Source: Macrostomum hystrix (taxonomy: Eukaryota > Animalia > Platyhelminthes). Taken from it: DNA of 64,000 bases. The DNA lies in assembly GCA_950097015.1 (NCBI GenBank), contig CATNEN010000001.1:2108001-2172000 (forward strand). The letters are read 5' to 3'. The notes below the pieces were generated by a model that saw nothing but the letters and a program-made list of their open reading frames with translations, was not told the origin of the DNA and ran no database searches. Numbering within the stretch: position 1 is the first letter of the stretch; each line of letters begins with the position of its first letter. The translations under genes were made by a program, and so were the position numbers. Positions 1 through 11,389 of the stretch are shown here, piece by piece.

Positions 1-1350
1 AAGACTGCGTGCTCCGATGCCGCATGAGGGGCTGCGTCGCAGTGAGCCTTCTGCAGAGCAGCCTCGTGTGCCAGCAGCTGTTCATCAAGGACGCCTCGCA
101 GACAGCCGGACCGCCAGAGAGTCACGTGTGGAGGTCGCTGGGCTCCGAGTCCGATGCCGTCGTTTGGAAGGTAGTCGACATCGAGAACGTCATCAGGATG
201 AGGAGGCACGTGACAATGCTTAACGCGACAATGCTTTATACAAGTAAATTTTGCTTGAAAATGAGTTTTTCTTGGTGGTTTGAACTTTTGAAATTGAGCA
301 CACAAAGTCATAAACTACAGATTTTGAGTCAGGCAGACTGGGCACGATCCAACAGCTGACAATCAACTTCACCGGCTTCTACCGCATCGATGCCTGGGGT
401 ACAGCTTCACCGGAAAGGCTGGCGGTAACGGAGCCTTCATGTCGGGCCGTTTCAGCCTGACTGCCGGCGTTCGGCTGTCAATTCTTGTCGGCCAGGCCGG
501 CGGACCTGCGATCAACGGCAGCTGCGGAGGAGGTGGTGGAGGAGGTAGCTTCGTGTTCGTCAATAGCCGCAGCCGTCCGCTGGCCGCCGGGGGCGTTGGT
601 GGAGCGTCCTACTCATTTGTTGGTAAAGAGCTGCACACTTAGTGGCAAATGGTAGCTTTTAAGAAGTGACTTAGGATAACAGAAATTCTTAACAGTTTGT
701 ATTTCACGCGTGGCTGCAAAGAAGCACACAAAGAAGCAAAGTCTTTTATGTCACTAGTTGTCAATTAGTAAATTGATGGTTTCATTCGATTTTTTAGTTC
801 TAAGCTCGTTTCTAAAATTATATTCGGTGGAAAAGATAAGCAGTTGAATCTGCACTCATTATTAGGTACATCGGGACAAGCTGGAGTGAATGGATCGGAC
901 TCGAGCGCTGCCAATGAAAACAGGGGATTCGGAGGCATTAACGGCCATCCTGGCTACAATGAGCCGAGCAGCACCGCATTCGGTTGCAACCACGGTGGCT
1001 GCGGTGCCAGCTGGCTCGGAAAGTCACAAAATCTTAGTCGAAGCGTCTCAGATGGTGATCGAGGCAGCAGCTTCGCCGAGGGCTGGGTCGGGGGCGTCGC
1101 CGGGAACGGAAACACCGGCGATGGCGGCTTCGGAGGCGGCGGCGGAGCTGGCGGAACAGACAACGCCAGGATCGGAGCTGCCGGTGCTGGCGGCGGCTTC
1201 AGCGGAGGCGGCGCCGGTCTCGGAGTCAACCACGCCGGCGGAGGCGGTGGCTCACATTGCGACGGCCTCGACTGCGACGGCGTCACCGGTGGCAACAGGG
1301 TCAAGCTGGAAGGCCGAGTGATCCTGCATCTGGTGTCCTACTTCTGCTGA
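1..1350 (+). pseudogene. PAN/apple + ALK/LTK-like glycine-rich protein, copy 1 (5' end outside window; frameshifted)
   Basis: Exons <1-243, 321-622 and 866-1350 have GT..AG introns at the same positions and phase as copy 2. A 16-nt deletion after TGGGGT (400/401) relative to copy 2 shifts the frame and gives an early TGA near 458. Confidence 0.7.
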
Positions 1351-1919
1351 TGCAACTGAATGCAATTCCCGAATAATTCTATCTCCCTTTTCTAGAAAAA
1401 CAAAAGGATGCGTGGCCTTGAAAATCTTGTGACAAAATCTATAACTATAATTCATTTTTTCAATATTATATACTTGTATTATTTTGTAATATTATATTAA
1501 ATAAGTAGAGAAATCGAAATAATTTGTTAAAACGCAGCGCCATTAGATAAAAGCAGCAACTAGCTCGCCCCAAGCAGTAGTTAAGCTTGGACTATTGTCA
1601 CGATGCATACCTGCATGCTTGTGAGATCAATGTATACTAAGCGAATGTTGGCAATTCAGCATTGAAACTTACAAAGTTTTTATAAAGGAAAAATGCGAAT
1701 TTTAGTTTTTTGTTAGATTTATAGATTACTAGAATTATGTTCATTCTGAAATACATCGTAGAAAAATTATATATTCGTTAAAAAACTGAAATGAGTGTCA
1801 GCAGTATTGAGTAGCTTTAATTAATTATAACTAACAAGAAGAAACGACCACAGGGCCCGGAACAGCATCAGCATCGCAACAGCCTGTCATTACGCATCAG
1901 CCGCTGGAACAACGTCAAC

Positions 1920-2820
1920 AAATGCAGCGCCCGACGGTAAAAACATCGGAGTTTTGGTTCCGCCAGCTAGAGCCACAGTTCACAATTGCCGGCATCGCTA
2001 ATTCTGCTACCTAATTCCACCACACGCTAACAGCCCTGCCGAAAGACGTGGCTTGTGATAATAACCTCGACACAGAGTGTTCAAATCGTTGCGTGTAAAT
2101 CGATATCAACGCATCGAAGACCGCCGCCCGTCACAGCTTGTCAACGACATCGGGCCCCGATTCGACGAAGTCGGATAACAGGTTAATGACAGCATCGTAC
2201 GAGTGTAAAGTCTAATGCAACTTCTGTCTGCTCTACCTACCCTCATTCGCCCAGCCTTGGCTGGTAACGAGGATGCTCCATTGGACGCATTCTCCAAGAT
2301 CGCTGACAGCATGCTGCAGCATCAGTTAACGCAACATGCAACGCAACGCAAGTGTAAGTAACTTTGCAACACTACAATCACTTGAACCTGCAGAGGCCTG
2401 GTCCAAAACCGGTGACCTTGCTCACCAACCGACAAACTACTCAGGCTCAGTCTCGCACGACTAGCCCGATGCTGACGGCGCTGCCACACTAGTGACCCGA
2501 GCCGCGACTCCTCCCTGGCCGACACGTTATTACTGCCGTGCCAAGTCCTGCACTCAACCATATCTTCTATTGCTGACACTGGCGCCCATTGATCGTTTCT
2601 CCCGCTGCAGTCCGCCCCTCAAAATCTGTTGACACCTACTCATGTTAAGCGTTGTGGCGTCGAAGGCTGGGATATCACTACTTTCGGTTAGTGCTGTGCC
2701 ACTCTTACTATTCCTGGTCTCTGAAGGCCCTACCTTACGACGTTCACTGTTACCAATACCTCGCCGACACTTGGAGCCGACTTCTTTCTTAAGTTTATAT
2801 TTCTCATTGACTTAAACTCA
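1920..2820 (+). mobile_element. Decayed LTR retrotransposon (Gypsy-like) gag-protease remnant
   Basis: Interrupted motifs: FWFRQLEPQF..AGI..FHHTLTALPKDVA and DRRPSQL (gag-like), ADTGAH and LGADFF (retropepsin-like). Stops and frameshifts are present. Confidence 0.65.
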
Positions 2821-2869
2821 CAGTGCATGATTCAGTCCTGCGCAATGCATTGCGCAGCACCAGACGGCG

Positions 2870-3245
2870 TGTTGGACCTGTTCAGCACGACCTCGGGATC
2901 GCTACAGAGGACACACTGGCGCCTTTTCTATTCGTACTGGTGATTGACTGGGTGCTCCGGACCGGCTTGCCATCTGTTGACGACAGCTTCCTGCTGTGTC
3001 GGCGCACAAGCCGGCGGCACTCCGACAAGAGGTTCCTGTGCCCTCGGCTACGCAGACGACATCGCGATGCTGTCTTCAGACGAAATCGGACGCGGCCTTC
3101 CGACCTGTTGGGACAGCGGCGCCCGCGTCTTGCTGGGCACGTGATCAGGGCTGAGGCCTTCTGCCCCGAGCCGCTCTGTGACGTGCTTCTTTGGACTCCG
3201 CAGGAACGATCGGCCCGCTACATCGACCTACTTTTCATAGGAGTG
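2870..3245 (+). mobile_element. Decayed non-LTR retrotransposon reverse transcriptase fragment
   Basis: DTLAPFLFVLVIDWVLR (degenerate QG-D-L-P-LF motif), YADDIA in a shifted frame, and RLAGHVIR. Internal deletions are present. Confidence 0.8.
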
Positions 3246-3738
3246 AGGCAGATCGCGAACTATATATATAGTCATTAAGCGCGCTTTTTTACTTTTTTGG
3301 TCACTTTTTGGGCATCTGTGTGGCCGGCGGGTAGCGTTTGAATATTTATATTTTTGTTATTATTATTAGCTCTAGCAGTAGCGGCAATCTCCTTTGGTAA
3401 AAAATCATTTTTTACTGACTGACTGACTGAATTCTAGGACTAGAAGCTAATATTATTTAAAGAACGCATTTGCAGTCAAGCAAAAGAATGCCTATTCAAA
3501 TGAGCTTGACTAGCTGGCAGATGCTAATGCAGCAGCAAATCATTGACAAAGCGCATTAGCGAATGAGAATGACAATGGAAAATTTAAGCTCACTGAATCT
3601 TACAAAGGCACGTTCATCACTAGCAAGTTAAAACCATATGCAGTGGCCTAGAGTGAGTAACAGAAAAATGTTTGAGTAATATTTCAGCCGAAATAACTCG
3701 AAAAGCTCGCCATACACTCTTACACATCGGACCACTAA

Positions 3739-5810
3739 ATGGATGCAAACGAACTACTAGTAATTTTACTCTGTGTTTTACTGGCAGGTAATTCAGTTTT
3801 TATTCTCACTTATCAGTGAACTATTGAATTTTACTTCAGCACGTATTTAAGAAGGGCAGTAAAACTACAAAGAACAAAAAGCCATCTAACTTTTTGACTC
3901 TCATTGCAGCCTCCCTGACTGAAGCGACTGCCAGCTGCAGCCGCTTCGTCCGCTCTTCCGGCCCTGTCAACCTCGACCCGACAGTCAGCAGTGACGTGAT
4001 CAGCGAGGCCAGCTCGGCCTCGGTCCAAGACTGCCTGCTCCGATGCCGCATGAGGGGCTGCGTCGCAGTGAGCCTTCTGCAGAGCAGCCTCGTGTGCCAG
4101 CAGCTGTTCATCAAGGACGCCTCGCAGACTGCCGGAATGCCAGGGAGTCACGTGTGGAGGTCATTCGGTGCCGAGTCCGACGCCGTAGTGTGGACGGCAG
4201 TCGACATCGATAGCGTCATCCAGATGAAACGGATTAACATCACCATTCAGTTTTTTCGTATGTTTTTCATGTTTTACTGGACATGCATATTTAAGATATA
4301 CATTATTTACTAAATATTTACTTGCAGACATTAGTACAGGCAGGCTGGGCATTACACAGCAACTGTCAGTCAACTTCACCGGCTGCTACCGAATCGATGC
4401 CTGGGGCGCCTCTGGTGGATCGAACAGCTTCACCGGCAAGGCTGGCGGTAACGGAGCCTTCATGTCGGGACGATTCAACCTGACTGCCGGCGTTCAGCTG
4501 TCGATTCTTGTCGGCCAGGCCGGCGGACCGGCCGTCAATGGCAGTTGTGGGGGCGGTGGCGGCGGAGGAAGCTTCGTGTTCGTCAGCGGCACCAGTCATC
4601 TGCTGCTAGCTGCTGGAGGCGGTGGAGGAGCATCCTTCTCTCGGATCGGTAAATCACTTTGTAAATTGTTTTGCTTGCTCTCTCGTACTGTGCTTAGGAG
4701 CAAGCGTAAGTAACGGGACATTTTGGAAACTTCTGGAAACAAACAATAATCGATAAAGATATGGGGTGCAGGATGAGAACCGATGACGAATTTTAAATGT
4801 AATTATTTGTTTTAAAAGATCTCTTTGAAATAAAAGAAAACCTGTCATTTCCTGTCAAACAAGTTGGCTTCTAATATAGTATTTACAGGGGGTAGAAGCG
4901 ATATATTTGTGCTTCGATGTTTAACAGTAGAAAGACCACCCTTTTCTCTAGGGAAGGCCACGGTAGTGTTTCAAATACCCACTGCCTACCTCACGATAGT
5001 TCCTAAACTGATGACCCATTTGCGTGAGAGTTCACTAAATTGATTAGCTTTTTCAGTCCTTTACGATGAACTTAATTTTGAAGCGGAAGCTTTTAGCCCG
5101 TGTTCGGGATTTTCACAGCGATTGGTTAAATACTTTGGGAGATACAGAAAAAAATATAACTAAGGGTATTTGAAATACCCTATGGTCTGTCTGCTTTTAA
5201 ACAATTTACCAAAAACAGTAATCTATCCAAAAGGCTGGTTCACAATGCCATCAAACGAGGCTGAACACGCAATTTTACATTCATTTCGCGAGTTTGCAAC
5301 TGAAATTCCATAAAAAACACCCAAGGTGATTCGGGACAGGCGGGAGTGAACGGATCAGACTCCAGCGCGGGCAGTGGCAACAAGGGATTCGGTGGAGCCA
5401 ACGGTGATCCTGGCTACAATGATCCGACAAGCGCCAGCTGGATTTGCAACATCGGCGGCTGCGGTGCCGGCTGGCTCGGCAGGCCGCTTAGTTCTCGTCG
5501 AAGCGCCTCTGACGGTGATCGAGGCGGAAGCTTCGCTGAAAACTGGACGGGTGGACTAGCCGGCAATAGCAACACTGGCGATGGCGGCTTCGGAGGCGGC
5601 GGCGGAGCTGGCGGAATCGACAACGCCAAAACCGGAGCTGCGGGAGCAGGCGGCGGCTTCAGCGGAGGCGGCGCCGGTGTCGGAATCCATCACGCCGGTG
5701 GAGGAGGCGGCTCATATTGCGACGGCCTCGACTGCGTCGGCGTCACTGGTGGCAATGGAGCCACTCAGCAGGGCCGAGTGACACTGCGGCTGTTGTCCTA
5801 CTTCTGCTGA
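3739..5810 (+). CDS. Secreted PAN/apple-domain + ALK/LTK-like glycine-rich domain protein, copy 2 (intact, 4 exons)
   Basis: Exons 3739-3787 (signal peptide MDANELLVILLCVLLA), 3910-4257 (C-x3-C-x4-C...C PAN core), 4328-4648 (GCYRIDAWGASGG..GGNGAFMSGRFNL..LSILVGQAG..GGGGGGGSFV) and 5326-5810 (GGFGGGGG..GAGGGFSGG..GGGGSY). All introns are GT-AG phase 1 and the frame is continuous. Confidence 0.85.
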
Positions 5811-6343
5811 TGTGGCAGATGCGATCAGATTGGCTTCTACGAGTACGTCGTATTCGTGAAAAAAAAACTTGATAAATCTTAAAGTGGATTTTTTGCTCTT
5901 TGTAAGATTTGTAAAAGAAGTCTGATAGTGTCTGTTTTATAAGTTTTTTCTGGCTGAGTAGATTTTGTACTGTTGTTTACTTCTCTTTGAGTCTTTGTTT
6001 TAGGACTTACTCGCAATTGTTTTCTGTTTGCTTTGGACTTTACCAATAGAATTATTCTGCTCTAGATCTTACCTGAAATATCAAAGTGTACTTGATTGGA
6101 TTATTTTATTAACGTAAAAAATATTAAATTGCTGATTTATTTAATTATTAGTTTATATAGAGAATATATAATAACGTGGCCAGTGAGTTCCAGATTTAGA
6201 TTCTGCTAACCTACGCTCGTAATTATTACATTGCTTAACATCGCTTAAAATTTATTACCAGCAGACTGAAGGCACAAATTCTCCGACTCACTACTGGCCA
6301 TGAGTAGCAAAGAAAAGTCTGATCTATTTTTTTTCTTATTATT

Positions 6344-7430
6344 GGGGGAAGAATGGTTGGGGTGGCAACTGGGAAGAATGGTTGGGGTGGCAACTGGGAA
6401 GAACGGTTGGGGTGGCAACTGGGAAGAATGGTTGGGGTGGCAACTGGGAAGAATGGTTGGGGTGGCAACTGGGAAGAATGGTTGGGGTGGCAACTGGGAA
6501 GAACGGTTGGGGTGGCAACTGGGAAGAATGGTTGGGGTGGCAACTGGGAAGAACGGTTGGGGTGGTAACTGGGAAGAATGGTTGGGGAGGCAACTGGGAA
6601 GAATGGTTGGGGTGGCAACTGGGAAGAACGGTTGGGGTGGCAACTGGGAAGAATGGTTGGGGTGGCAACTGGGAAGAATGGTTGGGGTGGTAACTGGGAA
6701 GAATGGTTGGGGAGGCAACTGGGAAGAATGGTTGGGGTGGCAACTGGGAAGAATGGTTGGGGTGGCAACTGGGAAGAATGGTTGGGGTGGCAACTGGGAA
6801 GAATGGTTGGGGTGACAACTGGGAAGAATGGTTGGGGTGGCAACTGGGAAGAATGGTTGGGGAGGCAACTGAGAAGAATGGTTGGGGTGACAACTGGGAA
6901 GAATGGTTGGGGTGACAACTGGGAAGAATGGTTGGGGTGGCAACTGGGAAGAATGGTTGGGGTGGCAACTGGGAAGAATGGTTGGGTGGCAACTGGGAAG
7001 AATGGTTGGGGTGGTAACTGGGAAGAATGGTTGGGTGGCAACTGGGAAGAATGGTTGGGGAGGCAACTGGGAAGAATGGTTGGGTGGCAGCTGAGAAGAA
7101 TGGTTGGGTGGCAACTGAGAAGAATGGTTGGGGAGGCAACTGGGAAGAATGGTTGGGTGGCAACTGGGAAGAATGGTTGGGGTGGCAACTGGGAAGAATG
7201 GTTGGGGTGGCAACTGGGAAGAATGGTTGGGGAGGCAACTGGGAAGAATGGTTGGGGTGGCAACTGGGAAGAATGGTTGGGGTGGCAACTGGGAAGAATG
7301 GTTGGGGAGGCAACTGGGAAGAATGGTTGGGGTGGCAACTGGGAAGAATGGTTGGGGTGGCAACTGGGAAGAATGGTTGGGGTGGCAACTGGGAAGAATG
7401 GTTGGGGTGGCAACTGGGAAGAATAGTTGA
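6344..7430. repeat. 25-bp G-rich minisatellite (GGGAAGAATGGTTGGGGTGGCAACT)n
   Basis: About 43 tandem units read directly, with a few 24-bp variants. Confidence 0.97.
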
Positions 7431-7444
7431 AGTGGCAATTCAAT

Positions 7445-8200
7445 TCAGATTCTTCTCACATCCTCTGGCTCAATTCCTATTTTATCAGATCCTCTGGCTC
7501 AATTCCTATTTTATCAGATCCTCTGGCTCAATTCCTATTTTATCAGATCCTCTGGCTCAATTCCTATTTTAACAGATCCTCTGGCTCAATTCCTATTTTA
7601 TCAGATCCTCTGGCTCAATTCCTATTTTATCAGATCCTCTGGCTCAATTCCTATTTTATCAGATCCTGTGGCTCAATTCCTATTTTATCAGATCCTCTGG
7701 CTCAATTCCTATTTAACAGATCCTCTGGCTCAATTCCTATTTTATCAGATCCTCTGGCTCAATTCCTATTTTATCAGATCCTCTGGCTCAATTCCTATTT
7801 TATCAGATCCTCTGGCTCAATTCCTATTTTATCAGATCCTCTGGCTCAATTCCTATTTTATCAGATCCTGTGGCTCAATTCCTATTTTATCAGATCCTCT
7901 GGCTCAATTCCTATTTAACAGATCCTCTGGCTCAATTCCTATTAAACAGATCCTCTGGCTCAATTCCTATTTTACCAGATCCTATGGCTCAATTTCTATC
8001 TTCCCAGATACTCTGGCTCAATTACCATCTTCCCAGATCCTCTGGCTCAATTCCTATTTTATCAGATCCTATGGCTCAATTTCTATCTTCCCAGATACTC
8101 TGGCTCAATTACTATTTTGCCAGATCCTCTGCCTTAATTCCTATCTTCCCAGATCCTTTCGCTCTATAACTTTCTTCCTGGATCCCCAGGCTCAATCTCC
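7445..8200. repeat. 29-bp minisatellite (ATCAGATCCTCTGGCTCAATTCCTATTTT)n
   Basis: Tandem units that degenerate toward the right end. The array abuts the 25-bp array. Confidence 0.95.
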
Positions 8201-8644
8201 ATCTTCTATATTTTATTCCCAGTAGTTATTGAATCTTACAATAGCATCTACTATTATTACTATCTACTACAATTATTGCTAATTATTGCAACGATCACAA
8301 TCTAATGGCTCGCTGGGCGGACCGATTAGGTTTATCGGGCGGAGTCGACGCAGGTCAGCTCAGGTACGAGGCCCGAAATCGAAACACTGTTCGGCTTTGT
8401 TTTGGATTAGAAAATTAATTTCTAGGTACTTTTCCATGGAGAAATTTCTCTTTCTAAGCGTTTGATATAAATTTTCACGAGCTTCGAAGAATTTTCAACC
8501 CTCTGGTTTAAGAACTCTGTCTCAAATGGTCACCAGTGCGTTTTGATGGAATTTGTTTTTCGAGTCTGTGGACAGTTTTGCTGAATTCTCTCTCATTTTT
8601 CCTTAAGACTAATTATAGCCCTATTTGTTTGAAAGCTTAATTAA

Positions 8645-9224
8645 CAGTAGGACTACCAAGCCATTTGACGCCCGCTTTTATACCTACCAAGGGGGGGGAT
8701 TTCCCCCCCCTGACAATTTTTTGGCAGTGACTGATTGGTTGACAGACAAGGCGATGGTGTCCTGTGGTTGAGCTGCGCCTAATATTTTGGCTTGAGCATT
8801 GAAATTTTGGAAATTCGCGTCAGGGTGTCCATAGTAGCTTAGCTCCACCTGTTGTAGCCCTTGAAGGTCCAGCAGTCTGTCTAGATAAAGGTAGGTGACC
8901 ACCGAAGACGGAGATGATGCAGGCACATTCGGGTGACATGCTGATAAGTTTTGAAGGCCTGGCAAGGCCGCACTGAGGCGCAGTGCAAATTCGTGTATAG
9001 GGGTGTATGAAATACACTAGCTCTTATGGGAAAAATCGGACCTTCGGCCAGAAACATTGAATATCTCGACGGTCTGAAGAGCTGGCGACTTGTTTCTTGT
9101 TTCAGAAGATGCGCAACAAAAAGTTGGCCCGTGTTCTTGAGTATCGTGTGCTTGCATTGTTCCGTTTGGGTACAGCAAAAAAATTGTCAGGGGGGGAAAT
9201 TAACCCCCCTTGGTAGTTCTACTG
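8645..9224. mobile_element. Non-autonomous DNA transposon (MITE), TTAA-flanked, copy A
   Basis: TTAA|CAGTAGGACTACCAAG ... CTTGGTAGTTCTACTG|TTAA (TIRs match 15/16), with poly-G/poly-C subterminal inverted repeats. Homologous copies at 32323-32932 and ~28930-29275. Confidence 0.9.
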
Positions 9225-11389
9225 TTAAAGACATCAGCTTGCCCGGTGGGACATTTACTATACGCCCCTCTGTACGCCCCACTATGCGCCCTCCCACCAG
9301 TCACCGGTGGGTGGGCGTACGGTTTGGCCAGGCGCCTCGTTGGTGGCCCGCTGGCGCGGGGCGCGGGTAGGGGTGGGGGGTGGGGGAGCAGGGTAAATAA
9401 AATTCGGAGCATATCCTCAAAGTCTACTGTTAGTAGGCTGTGCTGTATTTTTTGAGCGCAGGAATTGATCGACCGGCTCGAGCCGCTAGTGGGGGGCGCA
9501 GAGTGAATAAAATTCGGCGCAATTTCCTCACAGTCTAGTGTTAGTAGGCTGTGCTGTATTTTTTGAGCGCCGTAAAAAGCCTAGCAGCAGGTCCGCTTCT
9601 GCCCAGCAGGTCCGCTACTGCCCCAGCAGCTCCGCTCCTGCCCAGCAGCTCCGCTCCTGCCCCAGCAGCTCCGCTCGCCACACTACCCCCTCCCTCCTGA
9701 CCATGTACTTTTCATACGTATGTTTCATTTTGTTGTATGCATGCCGTATATATAAAGCGGCAGTCACTTTAAATAAATAAAATTGAACATGCTCATGTAA
9801 ATTTCCTATTCGTCACCGCTATAAATGGTTTACGAATATGTCTCTTCTAGTCTCATTAAATACTTTTGACGCAGCTAAAGGTACAAATTTATTATTTCAA
9901 ATATTTAGAATTCAAATATCGATTTCAAAGCGAATATGCATATGAAACATGTTATAAAGCGCATTCAGAAAGTGAAAAGCCATGATTTAAAAGAAGAGTA
10001 ACGGAAGTACAGACATCATTTATATTGCAATTTTTTAGACTCAGAGTATCATCAAGCAAAGACAGTACGGTATACGTTTTTAAGTAAATACAAAGAGATA
10101 CAAAGAGATATAGAGAGAGATGGTGAGATATAGAGAGAGATGGAGAGATATGAAGAGAGATAAAGAGAGATGGAGAGATTGTGCTATGTGCTCCATGGAG
10201 CAGAACATTTACCAACCGTTCATTGTTTTTTATCCATGGCTCCAAAATTATTCCTAAATAACCACAGTAGCAACAAGAACATTAACAAGAGCAACTCCGC
10301 TGCGACAAAGGAGCTTTTAAAGAGACTTGAAAAATTATAGTTATAACAGTAGCATGCTACTTCCTAGTTGAAGAAAGCGAAAGTTTAATCTAGCGATAAA
10401 ATAGGTATCATTGTACAACTGATCTGAGCAAACAAACAGTTTAAAGTGTACTTATGTCCACAAACATTGTTTTTGAAGAGGTACCCGAGAAAAATATAAT
10501 GATAAACTCGACAGTAACTGTGCAAGTAAACATGACATACTTGAATAATTACTGCATAGCATTGATACAATTGCTTGGCCAGTTTGGGATGTTGATTTTG
10601 AATTTAAAGTTACTTTCAAGTACAGATACCAAACAATATCAGATAATAACTTCCAAGTATTGAATGTTTGAACTACATGTCGACCGACCAACTTCAAGCC
10701 AAGTACTTGGATCTCCAACTGGACAAAGTTTTTAAGTACAGTCAAGAACAAAGTACCATTGCTGACTGGAAGTTTACAATGTTTTTTTCTCGGGTAAAAC
10801 TGCTTGACAACAAGAACTCTTTCTTGCTTAGAAGTGTTGCTTTAACTGTTCAGAACTTCAAATGATTTATAATTTCTGGTCGGTGTCATTTATAGAAAGT
10901 ATCTATTTCATGTACCTTCGCGATAACTTGAACAACGTGTCTAAAAGTCGTGTAAGTGAGTAAAATTGATAAAGAACTGTTTCATGTCTTTGTTCATTTT
11001 CAACTCATCATTTTTCATTTCCGATAATCAATTTAAACAAATTTAGTAAATTTTTATTGCATACTTCTTACAAGTAAAACTATTAACACTTGAGAAGTGT
11101 CACAAATATGCGGACAAAGAAGCTTAAACTTAAAATAAAGCATAACATGTGTAGCAACAGTTAAACTCTGGCTGTGAGTTTGCATTCAATAAGCAAATAC
11201 GAGGCTACCATATTATTGTACCAATCTGAAGTAAATTAATCCAACAACCAAGCATGCTTTGAGCTGCTAGAGATCACAATCTATCAGAAAGGATTTTAAT
11301 ACAAATTTACATATATATATATATATAGTCAGGTTTGCGCTTTAGCAATAGTAGTTTCATGGTACGCAGAATTTATTATCGATCACAGT

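Noticed and set aside
6235-8225. Long ORFs in many frames
   Set aside because: They are translations of the 25-bp and 29-bp minisatellites; the units are not multiples of 3 and there is no gene structure.
8350-8400. Hammerhead ribozyme-like string (ACGAGGCCCGAAATCGAAAC)
   Set aside because: The CTGANGA core is missing and stem II is incomplete; at best a decayed relic.
9026-9370. Duplicated ORF MGKIGPSARN (also at 32278-32523)
   Set aside because: It lies inside MITE copies and has no transposase motifs.
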